Assembly: GCF_001194135.2 (NCBI RefSeq)
Contig: NC_068981.1
Location: 89,903,460 to 89,967,459, forward strand
Length of the DNA stretch: 64,000 bases
Source of the DNA: Octopus bimaculoides
Taxonomy: Eukaryota
Reading direction: 5' to 3'
The notes below the pieces were generated by a model. It was not told where the DNA came from. It saw only the letters and a list, made by a program, of their open reading frames with translations, and did not search any database. The position numbers and the translations under genes were made by a program. Positions within the stretch are counted from its first letter, which is position 1. The number at the start of each line of letters is the position of its first letter. Of this stretch, positions 13,162-26,730 are shown piece after piece.

Positions 13162-13222
13162 TATTTTTGATTTTACGCCTACGAGGTATAGTTGCCGTTT
13201 AAAAAATGCTTGAAGATGAATT

Positions 13223-13610
13223 GTGGAGGTGCAATGGCCCAGTGGTTAGGGCAGCGAACTCGCGGTCATAGGATCGCGGTTTCGATTCCCAGACCGGGCG
13301 TTGTGAGTGTTTATTGAGCGAAAACACCTAAAGCTCCACGTGGCTCCGGCAGGGGATGGTGGCGAACCCTGCTGTACTCTTTCACCACAACTTTCTCTCA
13401 CTTTTACTTCCTGTTTCTATTGTGCCTGTAATTGAAAGGGTCAGCCTTGTCACACTGTATCACGCTGCATATTCCTGAGAACTACGTTAAGGGTACACGT
13501 GTCTGTGGAGTGCTCAGCCACTTGCACGTTAATCTCACGAGCAGGCTGTTCCATTGATCGGATCAACTGGAACCCTCGATGTCGTAAGCGACGGAGTGCC
13601 AACAACAACA
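13223..13610 (+). mobile_element. SINE family B, full length, with 10-bp TSD
   Basis: tRNA-like A/B-box head (TGGCCCAGTGG; GGTTTCGATTCCC), (AAC)n tail; AAGATGAATT at 13213-13222 and 13611-13620. Confidence 0.92.
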
Positions 13611-14219
13611 AAGATGAATTACAAAAAAAAAAAGAGCAAAGGAAGAAATCAAAAACGGAATCATAGGAGAGGAATTAACAGATATTTTCGACTGTAGTTA
13701 ACCCACGCAATTGGATCAAAGTTATAGCTTTAAACAGCCTAAAATACTACAAACTATAACATCATACCAATCTAAACACTAACTTCAGAATTTTGTGCAA
13801 GAAGCATGATCTGCAAATAGTAAACTGCTGTTAGATTAGGTGCAAAGAAGGCGTGATGCTTGTAGAGATAAAATAGTTTCCGTTAAAAAAAAAGTACTTA
13901 AACATTTATAGTATATTGCAAAGAAAAGTCAACATAAATTCATCTTATCTAAACAGAAAATCAGTTGCCTGACTCGTGGTGTATTGGTGAACATGAATTC
14001 TTTTAGTGACTTTGATGTGTGTGCATATGTGTGTGTAAAGATATATGTATGTATGTATGGATGGATGGATGGATGGGTAGAAGGATGGATGAATGGATGT
14101 TTAAGTCGTGGGTGTTTAGCTAAGTTATTTTAGTTGATATATAATTTGTTCATGTGTGTGTGTGTATACACCCACTAAAATACACAGACACTAAGTAATA
14201 TACATATATGTATGTATGC

Positions 14220-14309
<90 letters not shown>

Positions 14310-14329
14310 ATGTATGTATATTGCAAGAA

Positions 14330-14545
14330 AAAGTCCAAAGGTCCTTCCCGAGCCATAGGCCTCTCGAGACCGGTTTCCTGGATTCTGTGGCGCGTATACT
14401 CCCACCCTGGAGGGGATACCCGGTCACCGCAGGGTTATTCATTGCTGGAGCAACGTGAAATTAATTGTTTTACTCAAGAACACAACAGACCCCTAATTCG
14501 GGAATCAAAACCACAATCTCACGATCATAAGCGTACCATTCAAAC
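14330..14545 (-). mobile_element. SINE with family-F head and T1 tail
   Basis: GGAGCAACGTGAAAT...TCAAGAACACAAC matches 57.6 kb; the 14345-14425 segment matches the reverse complement of the 3400-3490 tail. Confidence 0.65.
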
Positions 14546-14601
14546 CGTCACGCGCTTCCATGTCTGTGTGCGTGTATATATACGTACATACAACTCTGTG
14601 T

Positions 14602-14649
<48 letters not shown>

Positions 14650-14718
14650 ATCTTTCTAATTTTGGCACAAGGCTAGCAATTTTGAGAGGAGGAGAAATTG
14701 AAAACTGCGAGGTATATT

Positions 14719-15003
14719 GGGCAAGTATCTCCTATTATAGCCCCAGACCGACCAATGCCTTGTGAGCGAATTTGGTAAAAGGAAACTGTGTAGAAGACCG
14801 TTGTATATACATATGTGTGTTATGTGCGTATCAACTGGTGTTGGTTTGTTAGCGTCCCCCTAATTTAGCAGTTTGGCTTGAGTCCGATAGGAGGAGTAGC
14901 AGATTTTTTAAAAATAAGTACTGGGGCTTATTTGTTCGACTAAACCTCTCGGTGTCCCAGCATGGCTGTGGTCCAATGATTGAAACAAGTAAAAGATAAA
15001 AGA
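14719..15003 (+). mobile_element. SINE family A, diverged, 5'-truncated
   Basis: GGGCAAGT...CCGACCAATGCCTTGTGAG...CCCAGCATGG...GAAACAAGTAAAAGATAAAAG. Confidence 0.65.
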
Positions 15004-15168
15004 CTTACATATATATACTGAATACACAAGTACGCGCGCGCAAGCATACACGCACACACACAAACACACACACACACACACACACGTACGTACGTGCATA
15101 CATACATACATACATACATACATGTATATATACATACATACACGTATATATACATTCATACATACATG

Positions 15169-15248
<80 letters not shown>

Positions 15249-16151
15249 CATGTATGTATGTATACAGAAAATATGAAAACAGAAACATTTCAATGAATAC
15301 CGAGTTGTCAAGGTATACGCTTGAGATTCCGGCGTTAGATCAATCGATATATCAATAATCTAAATTTCATCCGAATCATCTTTCTAACAGTTTGGTAAAT
15401 TTATATGTATCGGAAATTTCACCAAGTCGATGAGTATCCGACAAATAAAATCGATTCTTTCTATACCGATGCTGAATATGGAAACACGTTCTTTTATCTT
15501 TTAATTTTTCTTTTGTTTTTGTTTTGCTGTTGTTTTTTTTCTTTTTGTCTCTTCCACTTTTTCTCTTTGGAAAAAATCCAAATAATTTGATTGATGATCC
15601 AACCAGACGCGAAAACAGAACCACGTTTTGTCCCATTTATTTATTAGAGCGTAAGAGTGTAGCCAAATTTCCGAAAAACAAATGCTGCGTACCATAAAAG
15701 TATATAATCAATATAAGTGTGGTTAAAAGTTTGGCTGGAATTAAAACAGAGCATTACTTTATCCTTTCTCAGTTCAGACTTTTATATTTATCATGCTGAA
15801 TATGGTAAAGTAACATATTATCGCATCGATATCATATTTGACATACCCCTATTGCATGTACCTTGGCCGATTCAATTTTGTACTTCTGTCCTCTCCTAAA
15901 GATGCGTAGTCTTAGCATATCCTTGTCTTGTTTTTGCTTTGCTTGTGTATTTATTTGCCTATTTTATTCTTTTGATCTGCACTGTAGTTATGTTGGAGCG
16001 TTGCTTTAAATGGTTTTAGCCGTTTATATCGAATCCCAGTACTTGTTTTTAGATCTGATATATTATCAATCTTATTTATCGAACTGCTAAGTTACGAAGC
16101 ATAAACACGTACACCGTTTTTGTTGATGCTGAGGGCTGTTTCTTCCATGTA

Positions 16152-16186
<35 letters not shown>

Positions 16187-18411
16187 CATATGTGTATGTA
16201 TGTNNNNNNNNNNTATATATATGTATGTATATATGTTCTTCAACTTCACTTACAGTCAATACAAAAATGTTTACCCAAGATGTCACGCAATTGAACCAAA
16301 AACTGAAACTATAGTGAATTTCTCGACTACACTGCCAAGACAAACTGATAATAAACTAGAATTGAATCAACCAACTATATTCTTAAATCTACAAAAACTA
16401 AATGGATAAGATTAGTCAATACTAAGGCACTTGAGAACACTGTAGTGCTGAATGCCTGGTAGTAGTTTACACGGCGCTCCTCTTGATAGAATCCACCCAT
16501 GAAGTATTCTTATTGCAAATACCAGTCATACCATGACTGCAGATAAAACTGAAAGTTTATATGGTAACTTTACGTTTCGTTCCCTCGAGAGATCGATAAA
16601 ATAAGTACTGGGTCAATATAATCAATTAATTTTCTTCAGTTACGGAAACGAATAAAAGGAGACAAAAACAAATGAAAAGAGATTTCTTTAATAATTCATT
16701 TGAAAGGCAAATACCCTCCACAATTATATTTTGTCGTTATGATAGCTTCGATGTTCAAGAGACAGAATGATACAATATATTCGTTCTTCAGTTGGTAACA
16801 CTATCCAACAAAGAAACCATTCAAGATAGTTATTGAATAATTCTTATTAATTAAATGTTTGACCTTAGCGTGTTTGTGTAGTGTGCAGAACACCGTCAGT
16901 CATATCGTTGAAGTTCTTATTAATTCACATCTGTTGATCATGAATTCGATCACCACTTTTTATTGCCACCCATGCATATGCTGAAAATATTTTCCTTGAG
17001 TGTTCCCGTATATAAATCTATATATAAAACAATATAACTTTCAATACATGTAGTCTGTATCGATTGGTTAACTCGATTATAGATGTTATTATGGTTTGCT
17101 TGCAAGTTAGGGAACAATATGCAAGCATGACTGTCTTACTTCTGGAAATACAAGAGTATATGACGTATCACACACAGAAAAATAACACCAATTGCTTCTA
17201 CTATATTTGCAGTGAATTAAATTCATTAATGTATTGCCAGATCATTACAGATGCATTCGAAATATTTATGTCAATTTCGGACGTGCTGTTGGGGATCAGG
17301 ACATCAGATGACATGTTCATATCGTCACCGCGTAGTACGAGCACATGTTTGCTGCTTGAATTGTACTAACAATCTTAAGTGGTTTTTCAGTTGTAAAGTT
17401 GTCTATGGATCATGCCGCATTTACCATTTTGGAGAATAAATGTATATGACGAATTTTTGTTTCTCCACAACCAGAAATACACACAAAAATAACAAAATAC
17501 ACACACACACACACAAAACCAAGAAAATAATTTCTAGAATTCAGCAAATTGTCCTGCTGTATTATATTCCGTTCATTTAACAGTACCCAATCCACTCGCT
17601 TTGTATTTTCTTCAGTAATATATCAGGTCATAACGAGAAATCAGTTATTGAATAGGGAACCAGATCACGAATCTGAGAATAAAATAATTTCGTAACTCAA
17701 AGGGATATGAATGATCATCACGTGGTTTAAACTTGTTGAAGGGGAAAATACGAACACCTGGCCTGATGCTAAGTGTTCGTATATTTTACTGTGGATTTTA
17801 CAAGCTTTTTCAACTATGATAACTCACTATCATGACAGATTGCCATCCTTTATCTACCTTGTTTTCAATGGGTGGTGACCTGGGCTTTTGTAACCGTTAC
17901 GTGATTAATTATTTAACTGTAGATTATGGTGGGAATATTTCACTATCAATACCAGTTGCATATTTAACAATACTGAAGGAAAATCACGAAACACCCTACT
18001 CTCTCGCTCTAACACTCTCTTTCACGCTCTCGATCTATTCTTCCTTCCCTTCTCTCTCTAACTCTACTATAGATCGAATATAGTAGAATTAATTCATATA
18101 TATATATATATATATCTATATATATATATNNNNNNNNNNNNNNNNNNNNNNNNNNNNNNNNNNNNNNNNNNNNNNNNNNNNNNNNNNNNNNNNNNNNNNN
18201 NNNNNNNNNNNNNNNNNNNNNNNNNNNNNNNNNNNNNNNNNNNNNNNNNNNNNNNNNNNNNNNNNNNNNNNNNNNNNNNNNNNNNNNNNNNNNNNNNNNN
18301 NNNNNNNNNNNNNNNNNNNNNNNNNNNNNNNNNNNNNNNNNNNNNNNNNNNNNNNNNNNNNNNNNNNNNNNNNNNNNNNNNNNNNNNNNNNNNNNNNNNN
18401 NNNNNNNNNNN

Positions 18412-18444
<33 letters not shown>

Positions 18445-19290
18445 AACATATATACATATATGCATATATGTATATATATATAAATCGGAGCCGATGAAAC
18501 AAGGACCAGTTGTGTCCTGGGTGGGGTCAATATAAGCAACTAATCTCCTCCCCTAGAACGTGTAAGGCCCTGTGCCTGTGATTAATTTTCCCGGGACGGA
18601 CGTTGAGAAGCTGAATTCATGTCCGTAGTCACTGAGGATATCCATTTTTACTGTTATTGAATTTTCTGAAAACTGAGAATTTGTTGAACTGTGTAACCCA
18701 ACGGTTCATTCGTACAGTTAGTTGTGGCTCAATGTAATCGAATAAAGAGCAGAATTAATGCTGTTCAAGTATAAAATTATCCCGTGATTCAGTAGAATAC
18801 TGTAGCTGCTTAGAGAAGATACGTCAATCCAAAGAAATCTTTGTAGATGAGTTTCCGCATAAGTACATCATTAATTTGCAAATGCATTTCTTCACCTACT
18901 TCTTTTTTGCTTAATATTCTTATTTGTTCCTCTAACTGTTATTCTTCTGCGGAATCCCATTGTTATTATTGCTGTTAATAAACACTCGTGCATTTTACAA
19001 AACAATTTCAACAGCTGCTACATTATTTAACCTACATGAACAGCATGCTATGCAACCGATGCGCAGCCAATAGCAATCATATCTCATTGAGACACACCTA
19101 AATGTCGTTGTTGGATAAAAAGAAAGATATTATCGAAGGTAATCGGCAAATGAAATGGCATCAAATAGTATTTTATTTATCTACTTCGTAAGGGTCATCT
19201 CAAGTATATCTCACTGAACATATTTTTAGCTTCCCTCTCACATATAAACACATGCTCATATATAACCATTTAACTCTCTCCTTCTCTCTC

Positions 19291-19332
<42 letters not shown>

Positions 19333-19447
19333 CTCATTCTCTCTCTTTCTATTTATCAGTCTATCTACATCTCACAATATATATATACACACACACACAT
19401 ATATATATACATATATATGTATGTATATATATATATATATATATACA

Positions 19448-19484
<37 letters not shown>

Positions 19485-19513
19485 ACATACACACGCGCAT
19501 ACATCTATATGAG

Positions 19514-19544
<31 letters not shown>

Positions 19545-20592
19545 TTTTATCGCTTTCTCTCTCTTTCTCTCTCTTTCTCTCTCTTTCTCTCGCCTTCTCT
19601 CGCTTTCACTCTCACTACACTTACACTTACACACACACACACACACATACACATATATATTCCTCTCAGACACTTTTTCTCAGAGCCTCTCTTATTTTCT
19701 TCTTTCTCCCCTTCCTCTCTCTCTCTTTCCTCTCTCTCTCTCTCCTCTTTCTCTCACTGTGTCTCACCACCGCTACCCCTCCACGCACACACACACACAT
19801 ACACACATTTGTAATTACTATGTCCTCTTTGCAATAGTTCAACAACGAAAAAGAATAAAAAACATAAAAAGAAAAGAAAAGATTCTAATCAAGAAACAAT
19901 TATACCACGTTATATGTTGAGTTCATGACTCAACCACTCGTCCATGGGAATAATGTACTTTCAGTTCTTATATTGGCAAAAGACCTTAGTTTTAAAGAAG
20001 AAATACGAAGCCGTGAGATGATCATTGCTACTCCAAAATAATCATGGACGTGTTTTGTACGTAACGTGACATTACTGCAATTATATAATCAATTCGTGTT
20101 ACAGACTTGTGTACTCGGGAAATCTCGTTTACGTCAACACATCGCTTATTAACCAATTGATCTGGCCTGACGATTCTCATCACTAGTGACACCTGTGACC
20201 ATATCATTTAGATCCTTTGCATCGTGCTATAGAATTGTTACACCAGCAGACAAAATGCCTTGCGGTATTTCTACCAGCTGTTTTCATTCCAAGTTCTAAT
20301 CCCACCGAGATGAACTGTACCTTTTATCTTCTCGAGGTTCATAAAATATGGTTCCAATGAAGCATCGGAATCGATATAATCAACTAACGCCTTTTCTTAA
20401 ATTTGTAGCCTTGTGATTTATTTTAGAAATTATATTTTGTATCTACAGGTTGTTGTTATCAGTAACACGTTAACATTTTCACCTTCTGTTACAAGACTTC
20501 AGTTTCTATAAATGTCACTAAAGCCGATCACATATGTAACAATAGAGTATTTCTGTTGATTCAACTGATTATCTCCCTTCCTTACAACTATA

Positions 20593-20876
20593 TTGTTGTT
20601 GGCACTCTGTCGCTTACGACGTCGAGGGTTCCAGTTGATCCGATCAACGGAACAGCCTGCTCGTGAAATTAACTTGCAAGTGGCTGAGCACTCCACAGAC
20701 ACGTGTACCCTTAACGTAGTTCTCGGGGATAATCAGCGTGGCACAGTGTGACAAGGCTGACCCTTTGAATTACAGGCACAACAGAACAGGAAGTAAAAGT
20801 GAGAGAAAGTTGTGATGAAAGAGTACAGCAGGGTTTGCTACCATCCCCTGCCGGAGCCTCGTGGAGCTTTAGGTGT
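20593..20876 (-). mobile_element. SINE family B, 5'-truncated
   Basis: Near-identical to 8947-9233; stops after GGAGCTTTAGGTGT. Confidence 0.88.
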
Positions 20877-21429
20877 ATGTGTGTGTTTGTGTGTAAACCA
20901 ACACTCGCGAGCAGATATGACTTGAATCATGTTTTTGCTACTTGTTTTCGGTGCCAATGTAATCGCGTGGAAACAGTTCCCCCACCTCTTTGTCCCTTCC
21001 ACCCTGGATCCAGCGAAAGATGAATGATATGACAACTGCAAGGAGATTAAAGGATCGCAATAACATTCAGTTGCTACTCATTTGCAGTTGAGTAGTGTGG
21101 AATAATGTGAAATGAAGTGCTTTCCTCAAGAATAAGGCACTGCGCCCAATCCGAGAANNNNNNNNNNNNNNNNNNNNNNNNNNNNNNNNNNNNNNNNNNN
21201 NNNNNNNNNNNNNNNNNNNNNNNNNNNNNNNNNNNNNNNNNNNNNNNNNNNNNNNNNNNNNNNNNNNNNNNNNNNNNNNNNNNNNNNNNNNNNNNNNNNN
21301 NNNNNNNNNNNNNNNNNNNNNNNNNNNNNNNNNNNNNNNNNNNNNNNNNNNNNNNNNNNNNNNNNNNNNNNNNNNNNNNNNNNNNNNNNNNNNNNNNNNN
21401 NNNNNNNNNNNNNNNNNNNNNNNNNNNNN

Positions 21430-21659
21430 GTGTTGCCCCTTGTCAATGCAGAGCAGCCAAGCCTTAGCCAGGCAGCGCTGCTGACTATCTGCTCGAAGGT
21501 TATTTATCTAATTTCAGTGGAATCTATCCACTGGTTTTCAGAAATAGAGTTATTAATATTTCTAAGTCTCTCTAAAGGAGACTACGGCAGCGGTACTGGA
21601 AATTAATAGTTATCGCCAAGCCAACATGGCAGTCCCAAAATTAGGACGAAAGCTGCCGT
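21430..21659 (+). ncRNA. Candidate HDV-like nested-pseudoknot RNA, possibly a retroelement 5' end
   Basis: Pairings in HDV order: P1 21430-35/21622-27, P2 21584-91/21652-59, P3 21592-95/21611-14, P4 21633-35/21644-46, then CGAAA at 21647-51; the L3 loop is non-canonical. Confidence 0.3.
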
Positions 21660-22823
21660 GAATTAGCTCCAAGAAGCCATCGCCTCTAGCTAGCTATGTG
21701 ACACACGAAACCTGTGTCCTTTATAACCTTCGAACAGGGGAGGATCACATTTTTGTACCTACTGATGAAAGATCAATTCAGATCGAATCAGTAAATTCAG
21801 ATAAATTTGCTATTCAGAAATATCCTTTCTCAATTCTATAACAAAAAATGCTGCTGCGCCTACTACTGTTACTACTACCACTATTATCACTACCACCATC
21901 ACTACCACTGTCACCACTACTACTATTAATACTATCACCACCACCATCACTATTACTACTACCACTACACGAATTAACGAATGAAATTCTATACGGTCGC
22001 CCTCACCTGCTACGAATAATAGGCCTTCCTAAAATCTTAAACTTAAAATTATAAAGGAAAAACAAATAAAAAAAATACAGAGATTAATATACTCTTGCTT
22101 GGAACGTTTTGATCATAGAGCAGACTTGAACCAAGAATACATTGAGAATGAAGTCCTATGCAGTAGTAAAACGACTGGATGCTCATGACTGGAAAGCTTT
22201 TTGCTCATTAGAACTGCTCAATTGGAACGGATGAAAGAGTCAAAACAACAACCATGACTGAAATTTCTTGTTTTATTTTCTAACAATCAGCAATTCAAAA
22301 TGAACGCCGCTTGCACGGACTTCAACTGTTCGCCCTACCCTTACTTTACAAGTGGCTGAAAAGTCGATAAAGACTACTCATACTCTTCCTGACTAAACAA
22401 TATGCAAAGGCAAGAAAGGAAAGACAGAGAAAGAGAGTTTAAGCATATAATAGCGTACGATATGGTTTTGATTCCGTGTTGCAAGCACTTCATTTTAATT
22501 GTGTCTATGTTAAAAAGAAAAAAAATCAATATTTTACACGATTATAGATGGCTAAACGTTAATAAACATCAACTTCACCAATTCCACAGAATCAAGAAGC
22601 AATATCGTTCTGATGTAATGACGTCACATATCATGAACAAGGAAAACAACACCCACATACTAATCTCATAGCCCGTTCTTTTTTTCACTGAACAATTGCA
22701 GACTATTAATTGAAGTAAATACAAGATTTCTTCGATAAGACCTTGACGTCAATCGAATGCACTGTATTTCGGATTTGTAGCTATTAAAACAACTTAACGT
22801 TTGCAGATACGACAGCACTTCCA

Positions 22824-22899
<76 letters not shown>

Positions 22900-23191
22900 G
22901 TAATCTTGTGCTTGGTAGCGCTAAGCCTGAATGAAATATTCTTCCAGCTGGCATGTTGGCTTGTGCATTTAATTGTTGCTGGAATTTAATTCCAGGTTAT
23001 ATAAATCAATTAATCAGTCAATCAATCAATCAATCGATATCTTTTTTATTCTTGCGAGACATAAACTAGTAATGAGTTCAGTTAATGAACCTAGTTTCGA
23101 TCGCAGGTTAAGAACTTTTTCTGTTATATATAACAGTTCAGTTCAGTTTTTTTATGGTTCATTCTGCTTTTGATTTTTTTTTTTTTAATAG

Positions 23192-23250
23192 GCTCAGCCT
23201 GTCTGGAAAAGTGATCAGTGCACATGACATTCACAGGCCTTTCGTAACTG
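23192..23250 (+). CDS. Orphan exon candidate (RLSLSGKVISAHDIHRPFVT)
   Basis: Poly-T acceptor TTTTTTAATAG|, donor |GTAAGA, one open frame; no homology recognised. Confidence 0.22.
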
Positions 23251-25572
23251 GTAAGACTGGCACGGTTGATACAAGTGAAAATCTGAATTTCTGGTCGGAC
23301 AAATTATCATCAGGTATTTCTTCTAGTTTTATGCCTTCTAAGATCAAATCCCGCCTTGACCTACTTGACGTAATCTGTTGCTCAGTTTATCATCACCTTG
23401 AGTTCTCTTAGCGATGTCTAATCTGTTACAAGCATTTGAGACTGGTCTCCAATCTGAGGATAACTGCTTTCTCATTCTATAACACCAGGCAATGAAGGTA
23501 TGTAAATAGACACCAGGGCTTCTCTCCTCTCTTTACTTACACGATAAAATAGTATGTGTATATATATATGCGTTCAAAAATGCACACACATATTTATACA
23601 CACACACACACACAAACACATACATATACGTGCATACACACATATATAGAAGAATTTGTGGATATTTGTCTGCCATATTTTGGTATCTTTCTCTGTATAA
23701 AAATGCATGTTTTTTGCACCAAGAGCCACAAAACATATCGCTTGAATCATTAAAACATGGTGGGGTTTCCACTGTGATCAAGAAACTGTGATGAAACCGG
23801 TGGGATTCAGACAAATATGAAGAAGCAACATAAGTAAACCATTTTATATACTACCGTACTGAAAACTTTTTCTAACCTTCGTTAATACATTAATACATTA
23901 ATACCAACATCAATGTATATATATATATANNNNNNNNNNNNNNNNNNNNNNNNNNNNNNNNNNNNNNNNNNNNNNNNNNNNNNNNNNNNNNNNNNNNNNN
24001 NNNNNNNNNNNNNNNNNNNNNNNNNNNNNNNNNNNNNNNNNNNNNNNNNNNNNNNNNNNNNNNNNNNNNNNNNNNNNNNNNNNNNNNNNNNNNNNNNNNN
24101 NNNNNNNNNNNNNNNNNNNNNNNNNNNNNNNNNNNNNNNNNNNNNNNNNNNNNNNNNNNNNNNNNNNNNNNNNNNNNNNNNNNNNNNNNNNNNNNNNNNN
24201 NNNNNNNNNNNNNNNNNNNNNNNNNNNNNNNNNNNNNNNNNNNNNNNNNNNNNNNNNNNNNNNNNNNNNNNNNNNNNNNNNNNNNNNNNNNNNNNNNNNN
24301 NNNNNNNNNNNNNNNNNNNNNNNNNNNNNNNNNNNNNNNNNNNNNNNNNNNNNNNNNNNNNNNNNNNNNNNNNNNNNNNNNNNNNNNNNNNNNNNNNNNN
24401 NNNNNNNNNNNNNNNNNNNNNNNNNNNNNNNNNNNNNNNNNNNNNNNNNNNNNNNNNNNNNNNNNNNNNNNNNNNNNNNNNNNNNNNNNNNNNNNNNNNN
24501 NNNNNNNNNNNNNNNNNNNNNNNNNNNNNNNNNNNNNNNNNNNNNNNNNNNNNNNNNNNNNNNNNNNNNNNNNNNNNNNNNNNNNNNNNNNNNNNNNNNN
24601 NNNNNNNNNNNNNNNNNNNNNNNNNNNNNNNNNNNNNNNNNNNNTATATATATATATACTCACGCACATATATATAATTGTGCGTTTGTGTGTGTGTGTG
24701 TGTGTGTGCATGTGTGAGTGTGTGTGTGAGTGTTTGTGTGTGTGTGTGTGTGAGTGTGTGTGTGTGCGTGTGTGTGTGTGCGTGCGTGTGTGTGTTTGTG
24801 TGTGTGTGTGTATTCCCTTACATCCATGAAGATTTCCTTCCTCCAAATCCTCGTTTTCGCTTTCGTTGTTGCTCTTGTTCTTTTTTCCTTTTTTTTTTCT
24901 TTGTTTTTGTTTCTTTTTTTTTCTGTTTCTTAGAGTGATATCAATAAGAAAAGCTGATGCAGCTTACGTTTTAGACGTGATCAAGATGTCTGGTTAATTA
25001 TGTAAATGTCGGCAACAGCAGCACATCATTTATTTATTTATTTTCATTCATTTATTTATTTATCTATTTATATATTTGGAGAAACCCAACTCTGCTTATC
25101 ATTCATTATTTATCGATTTCGACGATACTAACGTCCCCCATAAGAGAGCTTTCCGTGTTTTAAATAACTCTAGCTCTTCAAGAAACCAGGAGGCAATGAG
25201 TGTATGCATATGTTTGTATGTATATGTGTGTATATGTGTGTGTGTGAATGTGTGCGTATAAACGTGTGTATATATATATACATATATTTATGTATGTATG
25301 TGTGTGTGTGTCTATATATATATGATTTTTGTTTGCATATGCATATACACACAAACACACACACATACACACACACACATATATATANNNNNNNNNNNNN
25401 NNNNNNNNNNNNNNNNNNNNNNNNNNNNNNNNNNNNNNNNNNNNNNNNNNNNNNNNNNNNNNNNNNNNNNNNNNNNNNNNNNNNNNNNNNNNNNNNNNNN
25501 NNNNNNNNNNNNNNNNNNNNNNNNNNNNNNNNNNNNNNNNNNNNNNNNNNNNNNNNNNNNNNATATATATAT

Positions 25573-25860
25573 TCGAACAACCTGGTATATGTATTAACTT
25601 GCTCTGGGTGTCAAGAGCAATGCATAGGCCAAAGCAAAAACAGTCTACGTCAAAGGATGGCTCTACATAGATCCCAGATCAAAATTCGAAAATACAGAAA
25701 AATAGCATTCGGCGAATACATCGACATTTGCGCCAATAACAAACAACCCAACTTCAGAATTTTTCCTTCTATCAATTCAGGAACGATGCAACCTGTACTC
25801 AACGCATTAGTAAAGAGTCATACTTTATCACAAAACATAAACCCTTTTTGAATGCGTCCA
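25573..25860 (+). mobile_element. Penelope-like element 3' fragment, GIY-YIG endonuclease (frameshifted)
   Basis: NLVYVLTCSGCQEQCIGQSKNSLRQRMALHRSQI...NFRIFP, then in a shifted frame FYQFRNDATCTQRISKESYFITKHKPFLN, matching the PLE GIY-YIG pattern. Confidence 0.8.
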
Positions 25861-26145
25861 CCATAAATGACATGGCCGCAGAATAAGTAAAAGAATAAAA
25901 GACCAAAAGTATATATGTATGTATGTATGTTATCAATTAGTTTCATTTCTGTATTTCTTGTCAAAAGAGAAAGAGTCGGACTCTAACATAGATTCAAGGC
26001 TCCTTTATTGTATGTATGTATGTATGTATGTATTGTATGCATTATGAGCACTAAGTGAGAGTAGGCAAGCTCCCTAGAAATCTCTTCTTCGTTCATCTTC
26101 GATTCCTTGTTTACAAATCTATCAATCACAACTACTATTTTCCAG

Positions 26146-26218
26146 AACAATTAAATTCATATACTTCATGCCTGAATGGAGAAAACCGACAGGAAAACCA
26201 CTCTAAAACAGAAACATG
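26146..26218 (+). CDS. Orphan exon candidate (EQLNSYTSCLNGENRQENHSKTET)
   Basis: Acceptor CTATTTTCCAG|, donor |GTAAGC, one open frame, phase-compatible with 23192-23250; no homology recognised. Confidence 0.22.
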
Positions 26219-26343
26219 GTAAGCTGCATCCGGAAACGGATATGCTATACAACTTCACCGCCATCATTACAGCAACTGACGCCACATATGCATGCACACT
26301 ATGAGAAACACACAGATTTACACACAAAAAAAAACACACACAG

Positions 26344-26376
<33 letters not shown>

Positions 26377-26730
26377 CACACACGCACATACACACGCATG
26401 TATGCACATACCCACGTATGCCTATATATGTATATAGAATTGTTATTAGGATTCCTTAAGAATCAATGCATATCAAAATGTCAGATGTAAGTAAACGGCT
26501 AGGTTCGCTATTTCGTGTTTACCATTTTGTATTGCAGTATATGGTAGAGAAGAGAGAACAAAAAGAAGAGAAAGTAAATCACACGCACACACACATTGAT
26601 ACATACGTATATACATATATGTTATATAATGAAACGGAGTTGACGTTTGAATGAGAACACTTGTATAGAAATACACAGAAAGAAACGCAGAGAGAAAATC
26701 ACAGGGGAGATAACCAACGTTACAACAAAT

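Noticed and set aside
13223-13295. tRNA gene (also at 3216 and 9333)
   Set aside because: The A/B-box head continues into a SINE body with a tail and TSD; no complete cloverleaf acceptor stem
17064-17369. 101-aa non-repetitive ORF
   Set aside because: Non-ATG start in the track, no recognisable motif, no clear splice or Kozak context
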